This document shows, piece after piece, positions 54,782-64,000 of a stretch of DNA of 64,000 bases. The DNA comes from Podarcis filfolensis (Eukaryota): assembly GCA_964270895.1 (NCBI GenBank), contig OZ185437.1; one strand, given 5' to 3'. The notes under the pieces are model-generated. The model saw only the letters and a program-made list of their open reading frames with translations. It ran no database searches and was not told where the DNA came from. How positions within the stretch are numbered: the first letter of the stretch is position 1; each line of letters begins with the position of its first letter. Made by a program: the position numbers and the translations under genes.

Positions 54782-55882
54782 GTCAGTTCTCCTCTTCTCA
54801 TCTTACAAATCGTGCCTGTGAGATAGAGGCCGCGTGTGGAGCTTTAAAGGGATATTTTCTGCCTACTGATGTTAAAATAAATTAGACTGGTTTAATTGGC
54901 ATGATATTTTCATTTAATAAAAACCTCTAGAGTAACAGTCTTTATTATCCACAGCCAAATGAGTGTTAAATATTTAATATTGAGTTACTTGGTTTTTTAA
55001 TATTTTAATGGGGAAAAACTCTGGCCCACTTAACCCTGGCCATGCACTCCTCTCTAAGTCCTAAGGACTTTCTGGTGTTAAGAAAACCCAGTGGTATCCT
55101 AATCTCCCGTTGAGAATATTTTAGCTGCTTAGAGACACGAGACATTTTTCCACTTGGAACTTTGAAACTCTTTCAGTTGTCTAGTTATATAGTTAAAGAG
55201 TCAGAGACCCGGAGAGTGGAAGGTTAAATAGCATATGTTTATTTAGGATTATTTTGATTCGTTTTCACTTTGTCACACACTTATTCCCTGGAAAAGGGGC
55301 AGGGGGGCAGCCTTTGATTTTAAAGAAAGTAGTGAGACTTCTAGCTGTAAAATACTTAGGCAAAGAAAGGGGAAAGGAAATGAAGAAGGGAAGTAAGTGT
55401 TCATGACATACAGGGGAATTGTTCTTCATTTCACATTGAAGGCCTGTGTCTCAGAAACTGAAAAGCCATGTGGCTTAGGGAAATGCTGCAAAAACTGTGG
55501 CCTCCAACTCCCATCAGCCCGAGCAAGTGTAGCCAGTGGAGAAGGATCATGGGACTTGTAATCCAACAACCTCTGCAGGACTACAGGTTCCCCATCCCTG
55601 GCTTAGGGTATGAGCTGCAAACATGCTGATACTGCCCCACTGCTACAGGGAATCAGCTGACCCAGAGACAGTCCAACAGCCTAACTGTGACTAGTTAGAG
55701 TTGTTGCAATGGCTCCAGCTCAGTAGCCATAGGCTGTGATAACTTGCTCTCAGCTTGGATCTGTTGCAAGGGTTCCAGTCAGACACAAGCCATGCTAGTG
55801 GTTATGGCATGGTATGTTGGTTGTGTAGTCAAGCACAGTTCCCAAACGATTTTTTTAAATACTTATTGAGATTTGTGCAAAG

Positions 55883-56463
55883 TGTCATGGACTGGTTGGA
55901 CGCAAAGGAATGGTGGGAGAACCAAGGGAAGAAGGCTTAGAGCCCACGGAGTGGTGGTGGAATGATGATGAGTGGTCAGAGGAAGAAGACTGGGAAGAGG
56001 TGGTGTTGGACGTTGAAGTGGTAACAGGGCTTAGTGAGCTGGGAGAGTCTGTGGCAGAGAGAAGTCAAGAAGCTGAAGCAGGCAAGGAGGGAGGTCAAGA
56101 GGCTCAGATGAGTCAGGCTGGTGAAGAGTCACGGATACCTCCAACTCTTGTTGTGACAAGCTCCCTGTCCCCCCATCTCCCAGAACCAGGAGAGGCATGA
56201 AAAGAGCAGAAAAGAGATTGGCTGCACACCTGTGCAGTCTCTGATTTCTTGGAAACATCCCTGGAGAGGAGGAGACCTAGACAGTTGTGGGGAGGTGGGA
56301 ACTTTCAGTCTCAGCAACTTGCTTTCATGTAGGAAGTACCACCAGGAATGAGTTACTGTGCTCATTAGGCCTGGCACTCAGCCAAAACTGTGGATATCAT
56401 ATTTTCACTAATAAAGAGCTAACTCCAACTTTGTGTGATTACTGACCAGCATGCTCTTTGACA
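55883..56463 (+). mobile_element. Solo LTR, 581 bp, probably Gypsy-type
   Basis: tgtca...tgaca termini and 5-bp flanks caaag / taaag (4 of 5). AATAAA at 56410-15. Confidence 0.85.
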
Positions 56464-56924
56464 TAAAGGCATGCATTTATGGAAGTAGCAGTGCCACTCC
56501 ATTTAGGAACGTTGATTCATATTCTCAGCAAGCTATGAATAAGAGCTTTCGCTTGGCTTCCAAGCCTTCCACTGTGCCCGTGTTGCACACCTTATTAAAC
56601 CATAGGTTTCTTTCCGGCTTCCCAGTCATAGTTTGTTTGCAGCGACCAAGCTGAGTGCTGTTTTCCATGTAACACAAAATCAGCCTCAATTTTGTTTCCT
56701 CCCTGATGCCGCTAAAGGTTAGCAGGGGAGAGGGAAGGAGGGACTTGCAACCTTTTGAGCAGCATGCGCCACCGCACTGCTTATTCACGTTAAAGCATAG
56801 TTTAAAATAAACAGTTGTTCAATGTGACATGTGAACCAGCTTGAGGACAGTTTCACAACTGCCAACTTGTAATGAGGCTTTGTTCTCAAAGAGATACTAA
56901 TGCAATTTTGCTTTGATTTTGTAG

Positions 56925-57005
56925 CGTATCAGCTGAAGAAGTGCCAGCCTCCGCCAACAGTTCCACAAGCTGAATTGCTTACAGAAGATGACGATTTTGA
57001 AATAG
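56925..57005 (+). CDS. CSMD1: CSMD1 internal exon, 81 bp, phase 1-1, Sushi13 first part
   Basis: tttgtag acceptor and gtgata donor. Translates (A)YQLKKCQPPPTVPQAELLTEDDDFEI(G). Confidence 0.95.
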
Positions 57006-57192
57006 GTGATAATTTTTCCTTACGTTGATACATCAGTTCTCTGTCCAGACTTTTGCACAGATGATGTTGGTGGTATTCCTGAATGCGATTTGTTTGAATT
57101 AGTCTTGGGTGAAATTTATTTATTTGAGTAAATTTATTTGTAGTAGTCATAGGTTAAATTTAACAAATCTCCTGAAATGTGCATTGCTGTTG

Positions 57193-57500
57193 CATAAGAG
57201 TAAAAGTGCCTGCTGGATCGGGCCAGTTGCCTACCGAGTCCAGCCAGATCCCTATGGGAAGCCAGTAAGCCGGACCTGAGCACGACAACACTCTCCCAAC
57301 TTGTGTTTCCCAGCAGTTCATATTCAGAGGCTTATTCAGTGAATGCCTCTGAATTCATATATATTCAGTGGAGGTAGAATGTAGGTATCTTGGCTAACAG
57401 CCCGTAATAGTCTTGTCCTCGATCCCAGTTAAACATTTTTTGGGAAAGAGGTTGATGCTCCTTGCAGCCAGCCTTTGTCAACCTGGTGCCTTCCATATGC
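57193..57500 (-). mobile_element. Decayed CR1 LINE 3' fragment
   Basis: cataagagtaaaagtgcctgctggatcgggccag...ggacctgagcac...tagtcttgtcctc, related to 19940-20620 and 43795-44200. Confidence 0.6.
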
Positions 57501-59252
57501 CTTTGACTCCAACCTTCCTCAACCCTACCGCCAAAACAGCCATGATGGCTGGCACTGATGGGAGTCGTAGTCTAACATTTACAGAGGTCAGCCGCTTGGA
57601 GAAGGCTCCTTTGAGCAGTGCATTACTTCAGCAGAGTGTAGTAATTCAAAAGCACTAGTGGCTGGCAACTGCAGATACACTATCAGTCAGTTCGATTATT
57701 TCTAACACATGGATTTTGCAAGAGGTCTGAGTTGGGCTGCACAAAACTCCTACATTTGCCTGACCTTTGAACAGAAATGAAGGTGGACAGAGAAATCCTG
57801 GGACATTTGGGGGGGGAAGAATCTATCTGAAAATTGAGTTGGGGGGCATGATTGCATTATTTTAATCAACTGTTTTATGATGTGATCAGAGAACATGCCT
57901 TTCTTTTCTTCAGTCTTTCTGCTTTTGAAATGAAGCCATAGCTTGCCAACAGAGCACTCAGCAGCATTGTTGCTTCATTCATGGGAAATGAGTCTACTAA
58001 AGTCCTGGGAATGCTGCTACTCCAGTAAGAATGCAAGGCCAACAAGCTGGAACATTCACAAGGCGCAGTTTCCCCAGCGCATGGCAACCACATTTGTCAG
58101 GCACTCTGTAGTTCAGCTGTGGCTTCATTATAAAAGGGGGGGGGGAAAGAAGAAGAAAATAAAGGGGGCAGCCCTTGGACAATCTTGTGAAAAAGTAACT
58201 AATGCCAAACAACACCCTAAATCACTCCCACTCTTCGAAAACAAATCTCTTTTTCTTTCTCCCTTTCTTCGGTAGGCATTTGGCCTTGCCAAAGACTCCA
58301 ATAATTATTGCTAAAACATTTACATGTGAACGTTTGTGCAGTGCCAGGCTTGGGACTCGTACACAATGTGTGGGTGGGTGAAAGAAAACAAAAGTTCTTG
58401 GCGGGGGGAGTTAGTGGGAGGAAGCACAGATAGCTGTTAAGAGAGCTTCCTTAAAGGTTGTGCAGACACTTTAGTGCAGAGGAAGTATGAGGAACAGAAC
58501 AAACGTTTTGCCAAACTGTTTCACTAGGGACATGTATTTCAGCAGGAAAAATAAGATTAAAAAGCAAGAGCGTACTGTTTAGCTGTCATTCTGGAGTGTT
58601 TGGCGATCAGAAATTCTTTTAATCTAATGAGTGGCATCCATTTTAAATCCATCACTAAAGTCCCATTGAAATCAATATGAAAAGATAGTCATGACTGACT
58701 TGTCCCATTTTTGTGGGAAGTAATTGTGATTCTAAATTAGTCTGCATCCTACCCTATACATTTGGAGTCTGCTCTCATTGTTTCATTCAAACACACCTGT
58801 AAACATACGGCATAAGTAAAACTGAATTATCATTCATGACTGCAATATTATTTCCCTCACTTCTTCTCCATATAGATAATTGGTCAAATTTTCTGTATAT
58901 CATCCTTGATATTTTTTTTTCATACTCTGATTTCCTATACTGTTTTACTATATTCAATTGCCCTTCTATTTTGATGTGTTTTGTGTATTTTCTCTCCCCC
59001 CCCCCACTTTTTGGTCATAGTAATAAACCCGTGGACCCCTCTTCTCAGGCATCTTACAATATATTTTATTTGCTTTTATCTGCTGTTTTAGTTAGGCTTT
59101 GAACAGCAAGCTTATTTTTAAAACTTTTTATATTGTTGTATTTTTTTTAAAAAAATGAACACTGCCTTGAGACTTTGTTGTCCAACGTGGGATAGAAGTA
59201 TCAAAAGGATATAAAAGTGCAGTCTAAATTTCTGCGTTACAAATTATTTCAG

Positions 59253-59366
59253 GTGACTTTGCCAAGTACAAGTGCCATCCTGGCTATACATTGGTTGGCA
59301 ATGACATGATGTTCTGCAAACTTAAAGCACAACTCCAGTTTGATGGTTCTCCTCCATCCTGTGAAG
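59253..59366 (+). CDS. CSMD1: CSMD1 internal exon, 114 bp, phase 1-1, Sushi13 second part
   Basis: atttcag acceptor and gtatgc donor. Translates (G)DFAKYKCHPGYTLVGNDMMFCKLKAQLQFDGSPPSCE(A). Confidence 0.95.
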
Positions 59367-60172
59367 GTATGCATGCACCAATGGTATTATATATCGGTAT
59401 TATGATGGTGTTTTCATTCACTGTGTTTCATATTTAAATTTATTTTGAACCAATGAAGTATTAAGACTGCTATGACCAAACATTGAAAATTGTTTTCTGT
59501 TTTGAATGTTCAGAATACATCCCAGCTGCATCCCAGCATGCATATCAGTACAGACCCTGTAATCCAAAACAAATGTTTTACAGAGCAATTTTACCAGACT
59601 GTGGGGTGGACAAACAACTTTTTATATACCTGTTTATGTATGCAACCATAATTTTAATGCAGGGATGCAAGGTTACTTGGTTGCTAGGATTGTAAATTAC
59701 CTAGAAAAGAGTTTGTGATGCAAGTAATAAGAAGAAACAATTATCTGTGGGAATGGGTGGATAGTACAAATTTTGGCACTGAGTGGGTGTGGGAGGGAGC
59801 TATGTGAAAGAAGTAGGAAAAGCTGAACAAAGGCGGGGAAGCGAGATTTCTCAACATGCCAATTGAATGGAGAATTGCAGCTCTAATCAGCTTTGGGGAC
59901 CAAGACCAGGTAAATGGAGCACTGAACAGTGACAAGTTGTGGGATGCAGTGTGTACTGTAGTCTCTCCTTGCAAAGATACTGGTAGCATATTTCACTGTA
60001 GACCTAAACACCCTTCAGCGACATATGCTGAATACCACACTGAACCACCTGTGAAGGCTATTAAACCAGCCTTTTGCTTCTTTGCATCTTGTGGCCAATT
60101 GTTCCTAATTACTCTGGTGTGAATTCTCCAGGCTTTGTTTGATATTCTTTATTTTGTTCTTTGGCCTTCCAT

Positions 60173-60175
<3 letters not shown>

Positions 60176-60207
<32 letters not shown>
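60176..60207. repeat. (AC)16 microsatellite
   Basis: Direct reading of the sequence. Confidence 0.95.
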
Positions 60208-60209
<2 letters not shown>

Positions 60210-60399
60210 ATGCAAACTTTTCTTTTAAGATGCAGTTTCAGCCATCGTGTTTTTGGATTCTGGCTGCCTGCTGAAAGAACTTAGGTTTGGGGTCAACTGG
60301 AAATGAGTCCCTGACCTACATCAAGGGGTAACTCCCCCACTGGATTGCACCTGGAGAGTGCTGTGGCTCGTCACCCCCACCTGAGTGTCCAGACAGAAG

Positions 60400-60700
60400 C
60401 ATCTCCCATGGAGCCCTTTAATGGGATTGCCCCAATTTGGAGGGGCTAGGCAGAGATTACAACCTTCCCCACACCCAAGAGCAACATGCGACCACAATAT
60501 ATAAATATAGGGAGGGAGGGTGAGTGATCCAACGAAAAGTGGCTGCAGTGCAAGCCACAGGCCTTCACTATATACCAGAACCCACCCCCTGGTGATCTGC
60601 CCTCACGCCCGCTCATGATTTGCCAATTTAGTGAGTGGGCAGGATCAATTTCGTAGGCTGCAGGCTCAGCATGAAAGCTTCCTTTGCTGCCTGGGAAACT
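60400..60700 (-). mobile_element. Remnant related to the 16080-16830 LTR/DIRS-like element; boundaries uncertain
   Basis: taaatatagggagggagggtgagtgatcca (60502-31) resembles taaatatagggaagggtgggcgggtgatcca (16605-35). Both are followed by cgaaaag. Confidence 0.35.
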
Positions 60701-62177
60701 GTCCCTGGGGCTTAGCACAATCTGACTTTCACTTCCTGTCTTCCCCTTCTGTGCTCTGTGTTGTCCTGAAATCTGTTCTGGAGAGATTGGTAGAAACCCC
60801 AAAACAGATTTAGAGTGTGTGCAGGGGAAGGAGAGAGGGAGACGGTTCCAATTTTCTTAGTGCTGCAACTGAATACAACTCCTAGTGATAGACTGAACAT
60901 GTGGTACATTAAAGGAATGGGAGCCAAAAATGTTCTCAGCTCCAATGCATCTACTTGCTTCAGCAGGGTTGGTAGCAGTTCAGACTGCTTTGTGCAGCAA
61001 GTTGCTCAGTGAGGAGCCAGGCCAGAGATAGTACATAGATAAAGCCAGGGAGCATTCCCTGTGAGTGATGTCCCTCCATTGCTAAGGAGCCTGAAAGGTT
61101 CAGTACACTACAGCTTTTGGCCAGCACTTTCCTCTGCTATTAAAATGTTACAGGCAATGAAGTGCCCGGAACCAAAGGTTTAGATCTTAACTACACTTCA
61201 ATTAGGAATGTCCTTTGAGCAGAACTATTTGTGCTTTTCCAAAAATCTGCTCTTGGTGGTTGGTGGACACCAAAAGTAGCATGAGAGACCATTTGGGGGG
61301 GGGATGTAGGAGGAAGACAGAATTGGCAAAAACGCCATCATTTCCCCCTTCTACCATCAGGCTCCTCCACAAGAACCCCTTCCGTTTGTTAGGATCCAAG
61401 CCAGTGTTTGAGACTCAAGGGCAAGAGACCTCCATCACTTTACAGTGGCACCCAACCCTCCCCCCTCATTATTTATTCCCATTATTTGGAAGTGTAATGA
61501 TGAGTGATGAAACATTAATGTTCCTTTCCTAGACATCTGTGTCCCTTTCTTTGATCATGACATATATCAGTCTTGTGAAACATTTACCTTTACAGTTGAA
61601 CATCTGAAGTTTCTTTCAAGTAATGAATAGCCAATTAGATATGCCAACCTGCCTGTGTCTAGAGGACAGTTTTTAGTTCAATCTTCTCTGTATCTGGAAT
61701 GCTTTGATTATTAAACACACACAAACATTGTGCACCAGATTTTCCCAGTTCTTATATGTTATTCAATAGGCCTGTGATGGCACCATCAATCATTTTCCTT
61801 TTATATAATCACTTATTATCCATTACTTCACTGGAAAATGTTCCAGGCACATGCACCTAATCAGGACATTCACTTTAGGCAGACATGGACACTCGGGTAA
61901 GCACAGAGTTTGCTGTGAATGTAAATGATTTTTCTGTGTTGAGGACTTTTTTCAGTTTACCATTATAATATCTGCTTTTATAAACCCAGTAGCCCTGATT
62001 CCCTAATTTCCTTTTGAACTGCATTCTGATGGAATTGTTGTGGTCATAACAAGCAGTGGTAGATAGTTTCCTTTATAAAGAAGTCTTCCATTCTTCTTTC
62101 AACATGTTATAAATTTCAAAAGTGGATTGAAGGTCTTTCTTTGTACCTGTTTAAAAAAGGAAAATATGGGGGAGTAA

Positions 62178-62498
<321 letters not shown>

Positions 62499-63209
62499 TG
62501 ACTGAGCTAACCAAATGTGTATACAACTTGATTGGAGTAAAGATCTTGTAACAATTCATAACTTGGGTCCAAGGTAATTTAGGAACCGGCTGAACCCTTA
62601 TGTCGCAGCTCAGTCGCTGAGATCATCTGCAGGAGCGGCACTGGTCATCCCATGAGTTGGCAAGGCTCATCGGATAACAACAAGAAATTGAAACTTTAGT
62701 GTCATCAGCCAAGTATTGTGAATTCTTCTACCAGTACAGATTCAGCAGGCGCTTTCTGTTTCAACTTTACTTTTAAAAGATGAGGTTGCTGAGGGTCTCT
62801 CCCAACCCCCACTTTTCCTATAATAATAAAAAAATCAAAACCTTGCCACACTTCAGGCAGCAGCTTGAGACCCTTCAGCATTCCAACAGTATCCATGGGA
62901 CAATCTGTCCCAGGAACACTGCTGCATTGCTGCAGATGGCCAAGCTACTGCTTGAAGTGGTTACATTTTTTGTTCATTTTTTAAGCGGAAATAAGAAAGA
63001 TACACACACCCATTTCATCTTTAAGAAGACGGCCGTCAAGCCCAAAACAAATTCTTATAATGTGCCCCTCTGTTCCCAAAGATTAATCCAATCTTCAGAG
63101 GGCACCTCACCTCCCCACCCATGTTTTCTTTTACATGAATGAAAACACACTGTCAGACTAAAATATTAATGCATACAGATTGGTTTATCAGGATTTGTGT
63201 AAGTTTTGA

Positions 63210-63428
<219 letters not shown>

Positions 63429-64000
63429 TAGTAGCCATAACCTTGGAGGCCATAATGTTGGAGGGGTGGCCAACTTTCAATATAGCTCTCAAGCTAGAAA
63501 AGTTTTGCCAACCTTGTATAGGTGGATGATTAATTAGTAGTAGCAACGATAGTAGCATAGAACTTTGCTTTGTATTGGATTCTGCTGAATGCTTCCAGCA
63601 CCTTCAATAAGAAACCGTGGTGGAAATAGTCTCACTGCCCTGGGATCTTTTTATAATGGGCAGTATATAAATTGAAATAAAAATATTTTGCTACAAAGAA
63701 GACAAAATCCCTGCATTGTTAAGATTAGTCATGCATGTGGGTAAAATTCCTTCTGAGTCCTGTCAACTGATAGCTAGCATTTGTCAATCAGAAAGTAACA
63801 AACACTAAAACTAGGGTGGGAAAATTCTCCAATAATGTGGTTTAGTAATTTTATATTCAAGACATTTTTATTCTGTCCTTCCTCCAAGAAACTAAGGAAA
63901 GCGTACTTCTACAGCCATCCATCTTGCTGCTCATTTGAACCTCACAATCGCAAGTGGCCCAGTCAGAGAGTTGCCTGGCTGTGAAGATTTGAACCAAGGT

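Noticed and set aside
55910-56200. 96-aa acidic ORF as a functional host gene
   Set aside because: It lies wholly inside a solo LTR, starts out of frame with the LTR-terminal ATG and ends at an apparent frameshift, so it was treated as a decayed LTR frame.

Overview
Vertebrate genomic DNA, most likely a lacertid lizard, judged from the Sauria (Squam1) and Squam3-like SINEs, BovB, L2, CR1 and Rex1 content. The window lies inside CSMD1 on the + strand. Seventeen internal coding exons (4656-63426, 2301 nt, 767 codons, all splice phases compatible) encode the segment from the second half of CUB10 through Sushi10-13 to the end of CUB14. The domain numbering is from the known human architecture. 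One intron uses a GC donor. The introns are dense in transposons. They hold an apparently full-length antisense Rex1/Babar-type LINE with an intact 998-aa endonuclease-RT ORF nested in an old L2. They also hold two BovB copies with TSDs, five Sauria SINEs (one with tails at both ends), two Squam3-like SINEs and four solo LTRs with 5-bp TSDs. Further elements are DIRS/LTR-like remnants, an 861-bp poly(A) insertion of unknown origin with a 17-bp TSD, and Tc1/mariner-type and hAT-type MITEs. No prokaryotic features, tRNA, rRNA or CRISPR arrays were found. Family names come from motif recognition and memory, not database searches.
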